A stretch of DNA of 64,000 nt from contig OY759316.1 in the NCBI GenBank assembly GCA_963662275.1, positions 4,288,001 through 4,352,000 of the forward strand. The letters are read 5' to 3'. A program made the translations under genes and the position numbers. This DNA comes from Candidatus Cloacimonadales bacterium (GTDB lineage Bacteria > Cloacimonadota > Cloacimonadia > Cloacimonadales > DAONDQ01). Positions within the stretch are counted from its first letter, which is position 1. The number at the start of each line of letters is the position of its first letter. A model generated the notes under the pieces. That model saw only the letters and a program-made list of their open reading frames with translations, ran no database searches and was not told the origin of the DNA. This document shows, one piece after another, positions 1-9,994 of the stretch.

Positions 1-1
1 A

Positions 2-1462
2 ACTCTCTCAGGAACACCTCATTACACTTATAGCGGTAGCGGTGTGCCATCAAAAACAGGGACTGCTGCCATAGTCACTGTAACAACTACAACTCCGACA
101 TCTATTCCTACTGATTTGAATACACTAATATTAGATCCAGGAGCAGGAAATACTGTTTACTTACCTAACAGCTCCACTTCAGTAACCGTAGACTTCAGCA
201 GTGGATCACTTACTTTGGGTGATTATCAAATGGTAGTGACAGATGTTACATCAGGAACTTCTTCATTCATCTTTAATGGTTCAGGCGGATTATCAGGCGA
301 AGGTGCCAATTATACAAATGTTATTTTGGAAGTAAATACTTCAGATACGATTCCTCCTATACTAAATGATATTACTGTCAATCCTGGAGAGAATATTGAA
401 GCCTCTTTACCTGGTGATGTTACAACAACAACACTTACTTTTATTGATGGTTCCTTAGGTTGGAACAGACATATTCTGACCCTGGCTGATAAAGATTTCG
501 GACTCACTGGTTCAGATACAATTTCAGCCTTGTGGGTGTTTATGGAACCTGTAGCATATACGTGGTATGGTTATACAAGTATAGAACATACTTGGCATAC
601 AACTGGAACATTTGTCGGTACTGTGGATCTGATTTTCTCCTATCCTGCCTATATGTCCATGTCGCTTGAAATGAGAGCCTATACGCGTAATCACTTTGAT
701 GGAGATTCTCCATGGAAGTGGATCGCTGTATTGAATACTGTTGATAATGGAGACTACCGCTCTGTTACACTGCCGGGAGTTAATGATTTGAACGGAGACG
801 TTACTGATCGGGACTGGACACTAACAGATAATGATCAGGAGTTGCCGGTAGAATTGACTTCTTTTTCAGCGGAACTTAGTCAGCAAATCTATATCACACT
901 GAAATGGGTGACACAATCCGAGACCAATTCAGTCGGTTATAACATTTACCGTAACAGTACGAGTAATTTAGCATCTGCCATCAAGGTCAATGCGAATTTA
1001 ATCAGTTCCACTAATACATCTATTGAGCATACCTATTATTTCCGTGATGTTGTTGTTACCAATGATGATGCCTATTATTATTGGCTACAGGATGTTTCGA
1101 GCAACGGAATTGAGACATTACATGGTCCGATAATTGCTACCTTAGGTAACAATGGTCAGACCACACCTACACCAAATATTCCTTTAGTAACTTCTGTGAA
1201 GAACATCTTTCCAAATCCCTTTACACCCAGTACAACTATCAACTATGGAGTTGCAACGAAAGGTGTTGTGAGTATCAACGTTTATAATGCAAAGGGACAG
1301 ATGGTCAGAAACTTGCAGTCAGGTGTAAAGGAAGCCAATAATTATCGTGTTGTATGGGATGGAAAGGATTTAAGTGGGCGCTCTTGTGCATCGGGCGTTT
1401 ATATCATCGAATTGGTTTCAGGTAGAATCCGCTCTACAACTAAAGCTATTTTATTAAAATAA
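2..1462 (+). CDS. Secreted/surface protein with C-terminal FlgD-Ig/T9SS-like sorting domain, 5'-partial
   Basis: Frame is open from base 2, upstream of the GTG at 44. Contains LPVELTSF linker, WVTQSETN..GYNIYR Ig-like domain and IFPNPF...VYNAKGQMVRNL...WDGKD...SGVY...KAILLK C-terminus. Confidence 0.8.
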   Translation, partial: TLSGTPHYTYSGSGVPSKTGTAAIVTVTTTTPTSIPTDLNTLILDPGAGNTVYLPNSSTSVTVDFSSGSLTLGDYQMVVTDVTSGTSSFIFNGSGGLSGEGANYTNVILEVNTSDTIPPILNDITVNPGENIEASLPGDVTTTTLTFIDGSLGWNRHILTLADKDFGLTGSDTISALWVFMEPVAYTWYGYTSIEHTWHTTGTFVGTVDLIFSYPAYMSMSLEMRAYTRNHFDGDSPWKWIAVLNTVDNGDYRSVTLPGVNDLNGDVTDRDWTLTDNDQELPVELTSFSAELSQQIYITLKWVTQSETNSVGYNIYRNSTSNLASAIKVNANLISSTNTSIEHTYYFRDVVVTNDDAYYYWLQDVSSNGIETLHGPIIATLGNNGQTTPTPNIPLVTSVKNIFPNPFTPSTTINYGVATKGVVSINVYNAKGQMVRNLQSGVKEANNYRVVWDGKDLSGRSCASGVYIIELVSGRIRSTTKAILLK

Positions 1463-1478
1463 AATTAAGAGCATAAAT

Positions 1479-1512
1479 AAAAAGGGATGTTGAAAAACAT
1501 CCCTTTTTTTTT
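1479..1512. terminator. Bidirectional intrinsic terminator
   Basis: AAAAAGGGATGTT-loop-AACATCCCTTTTTTTTT between convergent genes. Confidence 0.8.
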
Positions 1513-1525
1513 AATGTTTATGTAC

Positions 1526-2236
1526 TTAATTATATCCTTTTCCTTTGCCATGAAATGCTACATGAATCCGATTGAATATTTGTTTGATACGATGAGCCAT
1601 CTGTCGTGTCGGATTCATTCGAGCCAGCATATGATCTATGATATGAGCCCAATTATAGGGTTCATCTTGATTGAAAAAACCAATAGATTGAAGAACCTCC
1701 ATAATATATGATTTAGTATCCAGATATTGTTCTCTATCAGCAATTACTTCTCCATCATGCTTGATAAGATTACTTCTATAGATTTCATAAGTTAGAATTG
1801 CAACCGCTTGGGCTAAATTCAAAGAAGGAAAATTTGGATTGGCAGGGATGTAACAGCGCATTTGACAAAGTGAAGCTTCTTCATCTGTTAAACCCCATGT
1901 TTCACGTCCAAAGATCAAACCTGTTTTTAATGCTTTATTCTCTCTTGTATACGTCCCAGCCATTTCAGGTGTTAGATCTACAGGTTTTAATTTTCCTTTT
2001 CTTCGAGATACTGCTATCGTTCGGTCTAAATCTACAAGAGCGGATTTAAGATCAGGGAAGATTTCTGCATTTTCCAGCAACTCTTCTGAATGAACAGCAA
2101 GATAAAAATCATTTTTTTCAGGTATGGAACCAACGATTCTAAGATGGGTAATTTCGAAATTGTTCATGATCCGAGCTACAGCACCTACATTTCCCTGGTA
2201 TATAGGTTCGACCAATACAATATAAATATGGTTCAT
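1526..2236 (-). CDS. trmJ: SPOUT tRNA/rRNA methyltransferase, TrmJ/TrmH family
   Basis: IVLVEP..GNVGAVARIMNNF, FGRETWGL and SLNLAQAV motifs. Confidence 0.8.
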   Translation of the reverse strand: MNHIYIVLVEPIYQGNVGAVARIMNNFEITHLRIVGSIPEKNDFYLAVHSEELLENAEIFPDLKSALVDLDRTIAVSRRKGKLKPVDLTPEMAGTYTRENKALKTGLIFGRETWGLTDEEASLCQMRCYIPANPNFPSLNLAQAVAILTYEIYRSNLIKHDGEVIADREQYLDTKSYIMEVLQSIGFFNQDEPYNWAHIIDHMLARMNPTRQMAHRIKQIFNRIHVAFHGKGKGYN

Positions 2237-2275
2237 ATAAATGTAATAAAAAGAAAACTAACTGACGGAGAGGGA

Positions 2276-3100
2276 TCAGTTACGACCAATAATCTGCTGT
2301 AGTCGAAGTCCCATTTGAGCCACATTTTGATTCGTATCCGCTTTCCATTCTTTAACAGTTTTCTGAGTGACAACGATGAATTCCTGAGATTTATCTCTTC
2401 TGCTGCGTTGAACGAGAATATTGGCTAATTTCTTCATTGAGACCCAGATTGTCTTTACTCTTTTTTCATCAGCATCAATAAGCCACTGGCGAATAAAAGG
2501 ATAGCATTGATTAGGACGTAATCTTCCCACCTGTGTCAAAATATGCGTAATTTTCTTTTGTACTTCCAAGCTGTTATCATCGATCAGGTTTCCCACAAAG
2601 TTCATAACGAATTGGGGATCCTGTCCAGCAATATTTTCCATTCCATGCATGGAGAGCGCTCTTTTTTTCTCATTTTCGGAAGATGTCCAAGAAGGCATGA
2701 TTTCTTTCATAACATCCGCATTTCTTTTCCACATTTCGAAAGCAATACTTTCTGCTTCCCATGGAATTGTTTCGAATGATTTTTCTAAGATATCGAGAAT
2801 CTTGCGCGGATTCTGTAAATTCTTATAGTAGAAATAAAACAAGGCAGTTGCTCTTATACCATAGACTCGATGATCTAACATTTCCATACAGATTTGATCC
2901 ATCGTATCTACATCTTCATAAGAGGCAAGCAGTTTACCCAATGTATCCCGAATGAAATAATTGGCTGTGTTAGCAAGAGAGTGTATTTTCTTTTTCGCCA
3001 AATCGCTTTTCCCATTTTGTAGCTGTTTGAGTATTTTTTCTACTATGGAATCAAGCTCTTTGAAATCGTCTGAATCTAGACGTCCAACTTCTTTTAGCAT
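2276..3100 (-). CDS. HEAT/ARM-repeat protein (DNA alkylation repair enzyme-like)
   Basis: 274-aa helical protein with HEAT-like units (LIDDNSLEVQKKITHILTQVGR; WTSSENEKKRA). Confidence 0.55.
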   Translation of the reverse strand: MLKEVGRLDSDDFKELDSIVEKILKQLQNGKSDLAKKKIHSLANTANYFIRDTLGKLLASYEDVDTMDQICMEMLDHRVYGIRATALFYFYYKNLQNPRKILDILEKSFETIPWEAESIAFEMWKRNADVMKEIMPSWTSSENEKKRALSMHGMENIAGQDPQFVMNFVGNLIDDNSLEVQKKITHILTQVGRLRPNQCYPFIRQWLIDADEKRVKTIWVSMKKLANILVQRSRRDKSQEFIVVTQKTVKEWKADTNQNVAQMGLRLQQIIGRN

Positions 3101-3421
3101 ATTATGTCTCCAACATCAATATATCATCAACTAGATAAATATGAATTTTCTCAATAGTAAGTGCCTTCAGGCATTATAAGAAATCTTATGCGAAAACCAT
3201 CGCGTAATTAACATGCAAAATCGCATCCATAAGCACAGATTTGAATCGTTGATTTATAAATAACTTAAATACGACTTACTAAATTCCGTCAAGTAGAAAC
3301 TATAAAAATTCCTATATTTGCTGAAAATATAAATGACGGAAGATTAAAAAAGATTGACATTAGATGTTTTTCTTAATTCTGGTATATAAATTGTCGCTTT
3401 TGTTTCTGAAAAGGAGTCTCT

Positions 3422-4096
3422 ATGCTATCTTTCGGTTCAAATGATTTCTTTCAAACCTTTTTTCAATACAATAATACTGTTTGGCCAATGCCGATGGTAG
3501 GATATGCCTTTGGACTTATTGTTGTTTTCAGCTTATGTTACGAAAATCAATTGGCTGACAGGATGATTTCACTGGTTCTCGGGTTTTTCTGGATGTGGAT
3601 TGGTTTAATACAACAATTGGCATTTTTTAGTAAAATTGATCGATGGGCTAATGTCTTCGGGATTTTATTTATGATCCAGAGCATCCTATTTCTGTGGTTA
3701 GGAGTAATTAAAAATCGGTTGATCTTCAGGATTCCTTTTTCAGGTTTTGATTTAGTTGGAACCATTTTTATTGTATATGCTTTAATAGCTTATCCCATCA
3801 TTGGTTTTTTTGTAGGTCATTCTTATCCAACATCTGCTGTCTTTGGTATTGCTGCTAGTCCTACCACAATATTTACTTTTGGAGTATTTCTATTTGCTGT
3901 AGGAAAATTCCCGATATATATGATGATCATTCCTTTAATCTGGTCTCTCATCGGTTTTGCCTCATCTATGATCATGGGAATCAATGAGGATTTTGTACTT
4001 TTTGTGGCAGGTGTCAGTTGTTTTATTCTGACAATTATCAGGAATAAATCCGAGAAAAACAAAGATCTGCTCGTATATTTTAAACCCAAGCAATAA
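3422..4096 (+). CDS. Integral membrane protein (DUF6064-like)
   Basis: About 7 hydrophobic segments; FFQTFFQYNNTVWP start and FGIAASPTTIFTFG motif; AAGGAG RBS. Confidence 0.6.
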   Translation: MLSFGSNDFFQTFFQYNNTVWPMPMVGYAFGLIVVFSLCYENQLADRMISLVLGFFWMWIGLIQQLAFFSKIDRWANVFGILFMIQSILFLWLGVIKNRLIFRIPFSGFDLVGTIFIVYALIAYPIIGFFVGHSYPTSAVFGIAASPTTIFTFGVFLFAVGKFPIYMMIIPLIWSLIGFASSMIMGINEDFVLFVAGVSCFILTIIRNKSEKNKDLLVYFKPKQ

Positions 4097-4116
4097 ATGG
4101 GGATAAGGTTGAAAAC

Positions 4117-4485
4117 ATGCAAAATAAAATCTTAATTGTTGATGATGAAAAGAATATACGCCTGACTCTCAGGAGAAGCTTGGAAACTTACCCCTATGAT
4201 ATTTTAGATGCTATTAGTGGTGAAGAAGCCTTAGAAATAATGAACAAAGTACATGTAGATTTAGTCCTGTTGGATTTGAAGTTACCAGGGATGAGTGGAC
4301 TTGATGTGATTCACAAAATGAGAGAAAAAGAAATAAAGGCAAAGATAATCATTATTTCTGCTCATGGAACAATCGAGGCAGCAGTGGAATCCATGAAGCT
4401 TGGTGCTTCCGATTTTATTGAAAAGCCCTTTACTCCTGATGATATCCGTCAACTTGTACATAAACACATCGTGGATATTCAATGA
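4117..4485 (+). CDS. Stand-alone response regulator receiver protein
   Basis: ILIVDDE, LLDLKLPGMSG, KPF motifs; 122 aa with no output domain. Confidence 0.9.
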   Translation: MQNKILIVDDEKNIRLTLRRSLETYPYDILDAISGEEALEIMNKVHVDLVLLDLKLPGMSGLDVIHKMREKEIKAKIIIISAHGTIEAAVESMKLGASDFIEKPFTPDDIRQLVHKHIVDIQ

Positions 4486-6350
4486 CTTTTCGTATATACA
4501 AGGGGAAGTTACGGAATAAAATCCTAAGTGGCTTTTTTTTATCTCTTGTCTTAACACTCATCGTTTTAATTACTTCCTTCCTGAATCTCCGTCATCTTGG
4601 AAAAGCCAGTGAAGCAATTCTTCAACGCAATTACAATAGTATTCTTGCCGTTCAGAAAATGATAGATGCCTTAGACCAACAAAATAACACTCTTCTATTT
4701 TACCTTTCGGGGAATCACAAGCAAGGCTATGAATCATTTATTCAGAATCAGCGTACGTTTGAACATTGGCTCAGTAATGCCAGTACAAACATCACCGAAA
4801 TCGGCGAGAAAGAAACGATTATCAACTTGGGAAAAGCATACACCAGTTATCTCGTGCAAATAGAGAAAATGAGGGACTCTTCTTTTGAAAAACAAGCAAA
4901 TGAGGTTCTTTACTTTCAAAAGCAAGTTCTGCCATATTCAGAAAATGTAAAAACTCAATGTAATAGACTTCGGGATCTTAACCAAGAAGCGATGTTTCGC
5001 TTAAGTGAAAAAGCAAGAACGATTTCTCAACGTGCCATCTTTTCTCTTTGGTTTATTGGGCTGATCAGTATCATGATAGGCGTAATGTTTAGCTTCAAAG
5101 TTGCCAATCTTCTCATGAAACCGATCAATCTAATGCTTTCTGCCACACATGAGATTTCTGAAGGTCATTATGATGTGCAGATTCCATTCAGTTCAGAAGA
5201 TGAATTTGGCAAGCTGACGGATCAGTTTAATAAAATGACATCCAAGTTAAAGATGTTCAATGATCTGAATATTAAGACAATCATGCAGGAAAAACAGAAG
5301 AATGAAGCGATCATCCAAAATATCGATGATGGTATCATGGTCGTTGACGAGGAATTTAAGCTCATTAATATCAATCAAAAAGCAGCTCATGTTTTTCACA
5401 TAGATGCCGTTAATTCACTGAATAAGCATTTCCTGGAAATCATCAATAATCAATATCTGTTTCAACTTCTTAAAACTACATTTGAAACTGGTAAAATACC
5501 CGACTTTGCAGAAAATGAGAACATTCTGGCACTAGAAAACAATGGGAATAAAAAATACTTCCAATTCCTTATCAACCCGGTCTTTAGCAGTTCCAACAGT
5601 TGGTATGGACTTCTGTTATTATTACGAGATGTCACGAAATTGAAAGAAATTGATCAATTGAAAAGCGAATTTGTAATGATCGTCTCTCACGAATTGAAAA
5701 CACCGCTGACGAGCATCGGGATGAGCGTTGATCTTTTACTGGAATCAAAGGAATTACAAACGCATAAAGATCAAATGGAACTTCTGACCATTGCTCATGA
5801 AGAAGTCCTGCGTTTAAAAGCACTGATTAATGATATTCTTGATCTTTCTAAAATGGAAGCAGGTAAAATTGAATTGGAATTCCAATCTGTTGCAGTAGAT
5901 TCATTAATTGAGAATTCGTTTCATATTTTTGAGAGACAAGCTGAAGACAAGGGTGTTCAACTGCTTGTACATCTGCAGGACGAATTACCCAATATCCGTG
6001 CTGACGTGAATAAAATAAACTGGGTGATTTCCAATCTTGTCGGCAATGCCTTGCGCTATGTTAAGACTGACGATAAAATCACAATCAGTGCTGAAAAAAC
6101 AGGTAAATTTGTAACGTTCTCAGTTTCAGATACAGGCATTGGAATCCCTGCTGAATATCAAAACAAGATATTTGATAAATTTGTTCGAATCAAAAACACA
6201 CAGGAAGGTGGCGGTACCGGTCTGGGATTAGCCATCTGCAAGGAAATAGTGAGAGCCCATGCTGGTACGATATGGGTGGAGTCTGAAATTGGTAAGGGGA
6301 GCGATTTTCTCTTCACTGTCCCTATCTATGAATCATATATTAAGTTGTAA
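4482..6350 (+). CDS. Sensor histidine kinase (KinB-like periplasmic sensor, HAMP, PAS, HisKA, HATPase)
   Basis: Two TM helices, HAMP DEFGKLTDQFNKM, H-box SHELKTPLT, N-box NLVGNALRY, DTGIGIP and GGGTGLGLAI G-boxes. Confidence 0.92.
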   Translation: MTFRIYKGKLRNKILSGFFLSLVLTLIVLITSFLNLRHLGKASEAILQRNYNSILAVQKMIDALDQQNNTLLFYLSGNHKQGYESFIQNQRTFEHWLSNASTNITEIGEKETIINLGKAYTSYLVQIEKMRDSSFEKQANEVLYFQKQVLPYSENVKTQCNRLRDLNQEAMFRLSEKARTISQRAIFSLWFIGLISIMIGVMFSFKVANLLMKPINLMLSATHEISEGHYDVQIPFSSEDEFGKLTDQFNKMTSKLKMFNDLNIKTIMQEKQKNEAIIQNIDDGIMVVDEEFKLININQKAAHVFHIDAVNSLNKHFLEIINNQYLFQLLKTTFETGKIPDFAENENILALENNGNKKYFQFLINPVFSSSNSWYGLLLLLRDVTKLKEIDQLKSEFVMIVSHELKTPLTSIGMSVDLLLESKELQTHKDQMELLTIAHEEVLRLKALINDILDLSKMEAGKIELEFQSVAVDSLIENSFHIFERQAEDKGVQLLVHLQDELPNIRADVNKINWVISNLVGNALRYVKTDDKITISAEKTGKFVTFSVSDTGIGIPAEYQNKIFDKFVRIKNTQEGGGTGLGLAICKEIVRAHAGTIWVESEIGKGSDFLFTVPIYESYIKL

Positions 6351-6370
6351 TATGTGTAAGGAAGGATGAT

Positions 6371-7054
6371 ATGTCTAAAAGCCCAAAGATACTCATCGTC
6401 GATGATGAAAAGAATATTCTCATTCTGTTGAAAAAGGTTTTAGATGATATGCACTACGCTGTGGAAACATGCGCAGAAGGCATTAAAGCCCTCAGTATTC
6501 TGAATAAGCAAAATATCGATGTTGTATTACTCGATTTGAATCTCCCTGACCTTGGAGGCATTGAAATTTTAAAAAGCATATCACAAATGCCACAGAAACC
6601 TGATGTGATTATCATCACAGCCTTCGGGAATATCGAGAATGCCGTGGAAGCCATGAAACTCGGTGCAGTCGATTTTATGCAGAAGCCATTCACTCCGGAA
6701 CAGGTACGTAACACTGTGATGAAAGTGATAGAAAGGCGTAGCTTTGCTTTGAATGATGCTGTGAACTATGACCAGAGCATCGAAATGGCAAAGAAGTTAA
6801 TCAAGGATGGTCTCTACAAACAGGCAGCCGAATATGCCCAAAAAGCAATCGATTTTCTGCCTTCCAATCCGGAAGGTTACAATTTCCTGGGTGCTATCCT
6901 CGAAATTAAGGGTGATTTGAAAAATGCCATTGAAGCCTATCAGACTGCATGTCATATCGACCCCATGTATGAACCTGCCAGGAAGAACCTGGAGCGGATT
7001 ACAAAACTGCATCGAAATCGTAATATTGAATTGGATATGAGTAAACTCAAATAG
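6371..7054 (+). CDS. Response regulator with C-terminal TPR domain
   Basis: REC domain (ILIVDDE, LLDLNLPD, KPF) followed by TPR (PEGYNFLGAILEIKGDLKNAIEAYQTA..IDP.YEPARKNL). Confidence 0.85.
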   Translation: MSKSPKILIVDDEKNILILLKKVLDDMHYAVETCAEGIKALSILNKQNIDVVLLDLNLPDLGGIEILKSISQMPQKPDVIIITAFGNIENAVEAMKLGAVDFMQKPFTPEQVRNTVMKVIERRSFALNDAVNYDQSIEMAKKLIKDGLYKQAAEYAQKAIDFLPSNPEGYNFLGAILEIKGDLKNAIEAYQTACHIDPMYEPARKNLERITKLHRNRNIELDMSKLK

Positions 7055-7063
7055 AAGGCAATT

Positions 7064-7477
7064 ATGAAAGATAAACAATACATCATTATCGTTGGCTGTG
7101 GACGACTAGGTTCTTCCATGGCTAATTTTCTAAGCACACAGGGGCACAGTATCGTTATGATCGATTTGAATGGAAGCGCATTTCATCGGCTAAACACTGA
7201 ATTCAGCGGTTTTAAGATGGAAGGAGATGCCACTGAATTCAGCTTATTAAAACAGGCAAAAATTGATAAGGCTGATGTCCTCCTGGCTTTGACAGATGAT
7301 GATAATATCAACATCATGGTCACTCAGATTGCCCGTGAATTCTTTGGAACGAAAAAGGTCATTGCCCGTGTTATCGACCCTTTGAAACAAACTATCTTCA
7401 ACGATCTCGGTTTAGAGACATTAAGCCCAACCTTATTGACTCAGGATTTCCTTAGAACATGGATTTCGAAGGTTTAG
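7064..7477 (+). CDS. trkA: TrkA-family potassium uptake protein, RCK_N domain only
   Basis: IIIVGCGRLG Rossmann motif, GDATE, ALTDDDNINI. Confidence 0.85.
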   Translation: MKDKQYIIIVGCGRLGSSMANFLSTQGHSIVMIDLNGSAFHRLNTEFSGFKMEGDATEFSLLKQAKIDKADVLLALTDDDNINIMVTQIAREFFGTKKVIARVIDPLKQTIFNDLGLETLSPTLLTQDFLRTWISKV

Positions 7478-7486
7478 GTAAGAATT

Positions 7487-8143
7487 ATGAACATTATCAT
7501 TATTGGTGACGATAGATTAAGTTATCATTTGGGGAAGCTCTTTCTCGGGAAAGGTCATACGCTCCATATTGTGAACAGAAATGCAGAGCATTGTTCCTAT
7601 CTGGCAAAGAATCTGAAAGCCGTTATTATCAATGGCGATGGCAGTGAACCCGATATGCTCTACCAGGCAGGTGCACATACTGCGGATGTCATTATTGCAG
7701 CAACACCCCATGACCAGGACAATCTTGTCATTTGCCAGTTAAGCTCTTCCTACTTCCAAATTCCCCAGACACTGGCAATGGTCAACGATCCGGATAACAT
7801 TGTAGTTTTTGAAAAGCTTGGTTTCAAAGCGATTTCACCAACGCAAATCATGGGAGATGTGATTGACCAGCTTGCTTCCTTCGATACCATTACCCGGCTC
7901 TTGCCTATTGGTGAAGGAAAGATCAATATTACGGAAATCAAGATACTAGCTGATAGCCCAGTCGTTGACAAACAACTAAAAGATTTGAATCTACCTGCTG
8001 ACGCTTTGATTTCCTGCATTTTCAGAAAAGATGAAGCCATCATTCCCAGGGGACTTACGACTCTTGAATTGAATGATCGGATTTTAGTTATATCCAAACC
8101 TGATATGCAGAGCAAAGTCCTACATTTATTTACAGCAGATTAA
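7487..8143 (+). CDS. trkA: TrkA-family potassium uptake protein, RCK_N plus RCK_C
   Basis: GDGSEPDML, AATPHDQDNL, and C-terminal IFRKDEAIIPRG..L..NDRI. Confidence 0.85.
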   Translation: MNIIIIGDDRLSYHLGKLFLGKGHTLHIVNRNAEHCSYLAKNLKAVIINGDGSEPDMLYQAGAHTADVIIAATPHDQDNLVICQLSSSYFQIPQTLAMVNDPDNIVVFEKLGFKAISPTQIMGDVIDQLASFDTITRLLPIGEGKINITEIKILADSPVVDKQLKDLNLPADALISCIFRKDEAIIPRGLTTLELNDRILVISKPDMQSKVLHLFTAD

Positions 8144-8146
8144 AAA

Positions 8147-9634
8147 ATGAGAAGAATCAATTACTTTTTAGCTGCACGCTATTCCTCAATTGCATCTCAT
8201 CTGGGTATCATCCTGTATTGTGGTGCATTCCTGTTATTGACACCTCTTCTAGTCATTCCCTTCTATCCGAAGGAATTGGTCTATGCAGGAAGATTTATTG
8301 TACCTGCTATTATTTTAGGAGCAATTGCCTTTATTTTGCAGAAGATCAGGGGCAAGAAAAAGCTGGAACCTCTCGATTTTGATGAAAGCGGCATCGTCGT
8401 CACACTTGGCTGGATGCTTGTCAGTGTTTTTGCTGCGATTCCTTTAATGACGATATGCAAGATGAACTTTACTCAAGCTGTGTTTGAATCTGTGAGTGGT
8501 TGGACAACGACAGGCTTAAGTATTGTTAATTATACTAGCACCCCTCAAGTCATCTATATGTGGCGAGCTATCATGCAGCTTGCCGGGGGAGCTGGATTAG
8601 CGATTATTATGATTGCAGCTCTCACCGGTGTCAATGGTACAGGCTTGTATTCTGCTGAAGGAAAAGGCTTGCAGATGAAACCGCATGTGAAAGATTCAGC
8701 CCGTATCGTGATGGCGCTCTATTCAGGTTACGCAATCATTGGTACAATCGCTTATATGTTTGCCGGTATGAATCTATTCGATGCGATCATTCACTGCTTT
8801 GCTGCCATTTCCACAGGTGGTTTTTCTAACTATGTGGATAATATTGGACATTGGGATAGCATTCCTGTTGAAATCGTTTCCATAGTGCTGATGATTCTAG
8901 GAAATATCAACTTTGTCACTGCCTACCTGCTTGTTCATGGAAAATGGAAATCTGTTTTGAAGAATGGTGAAATCAAAGTCATGCTGGTTCTCATACCCTT
9001 ATGTTCCTTCCTCGTTTTCATGACGACAACGTCTTTAATTTATCCAACCCTATCCAAACAGATCAGGGTCGCTGTCTTTGAAGTTGTCACAGCCCTGACA
9101 ACAACTGGATTTTCCACAGTTAGCTATATTCATTGGGCAGAACCGGGAGTGTTTATTCTCATCGTTCTTATGCTCATTGGTGGTGGAACCTGTTCAACGG
9201 CTGGTGGTCTCAAGCAAATACGTGTCTATTTACTCTACAAATCTGTTTTATGGCAGATTAAGAGAGCTTTGTTCCCTGCCAATGCAGTACGCGAAAACCA
9301 TATCTGGGATGCAGAACAAAAAGAGTACATCACAGATGAACGGATGAAACTGATTGGCAATTTCACAGCTCTATATCTGTTTCTTTTCTTTGTTGGCTCT
9401 TTCATTCTGATGGCATATGGTTACAATATCAAGGAATCCCTGTTTGAGTTTGCTTCTTCCATTGGAACAGTAGGACTTAGTATAGGAGTTACTTCACCTA
9501 CGACACCCAAAGTTCCAATGTGGACGATGACAGCGGGTATGTTCATGGGCAGACTGGAATTCTTCGTCATCTTCTCCGGTTTTCTGAAGATTGGCAAAGA
9601 CCTGGTGTTAATTTGTAGGGGTTTTCGGAAGTAA
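8147..9634 (+). CDS. trkH: TrkH potassium uptake membrane protein
   Basis: Four pore-loop motifs (WTTTGLS, ISTGGFS, LTTTGFS, IGTVGLS), GGGTCSTAGGLK and MFMGRLE. Confidence 0.93.
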   Translation: MRRINYFLAARYSSIASHLGIILYCGAFLLLTPLLVIPFYPKELVYAGRFIVPAIILGAIAFILQKIRGKKKLEPLDFDESGIVVTLGWMLVSVFAAIPLMTICKMNFTQAVFESVSGWTTTGLSIVNYTSTPQVIYMWRAIMQLAGGAGLAIIMIAALTGVNGTGLYSAEGKGLQMKPHVKDSARIVMALYSGYAIIGTIAYMFAGMNLFDAIIHCFAAISTGGFSNYVDNIGHWDSIPVEIVSIVLMILGNINFVTAYLLVHGKWKSVLKNGEIKVMLVLIPLCSFLVFMTTTSLIYPTLSKQIRVAVFEVVTALTTTGFSTVSYIHWAEPGVFILIVLMLIGGGTCSTAGGLKQIRVYLLYKSVLWQIKRALFPANAVRENHIWDAEQKEYITDERMKLIGNFTALYLFLFFVGSFILMAYGYNIKESLFEFASSIGTVGLSIGVTSPTTPKVPMWTMTAGMFMGRLEFFVIFSGFLKIGKDLVLICRGFRK

Positions 9635-9782
9635 CCCTTTTGCTGTAAAATGTTATTCATAACATTTACGGAAATTTGGGAAGAAAGATCAAAACGAGCT
9701 CTCCCTTGAAGAAGGTTCCAGGTGTTAGGTTTTAGGTGCTAGTCAGAGAAGATACAGAACTAGCTCTCCCCTAAATTGAACA

Positions 9783-9910
9783 ACCCCCCTTAATCCCCCC
9801 TCGGCTAGGGGGGTAAATGGGAGGGGAATCAGACTCTTCTTTCCTTTTGCCCTTCTTCTCTCTTCTGCTCTTCCCCTGTCCGCTGTACCCTGTACGCTGT
9901 ACGCTGTAAC
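9783..9910. repeat. C6/G6 hairpin plus heptamer tandem repeats
   Basis: TAATCCCCCCTCGGCTAGGGGGGTA (related to the 12.9-kb element), then about four GCTGTAC-like heptamers at 9882-9908. Confidence 0.55.
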
Positions 9911-9994
9911 CTTCTGCCAGAATCCCATTGACAAAAACATTCTGCTTTTTTATCTCACCAAATGAATCTGTTAACAAGAAATTGAGGTATAAAT

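Noticed and set aside
3101..3421. Riboswitch (e.g. c-di-AMP) upstream of the Trk operon
   Set aside because: No recognisable consensus, only a short TTCCGTCA/TGACGGAA inverted pair and a TTGACA hexamer. An Rfam scan would be needed.
9743..9977. Short minus-strand ORFs 9743-9940 and 9771-9977
   Set aside because: They translate heptamer and C6/G6 repeats; no coding evidence.
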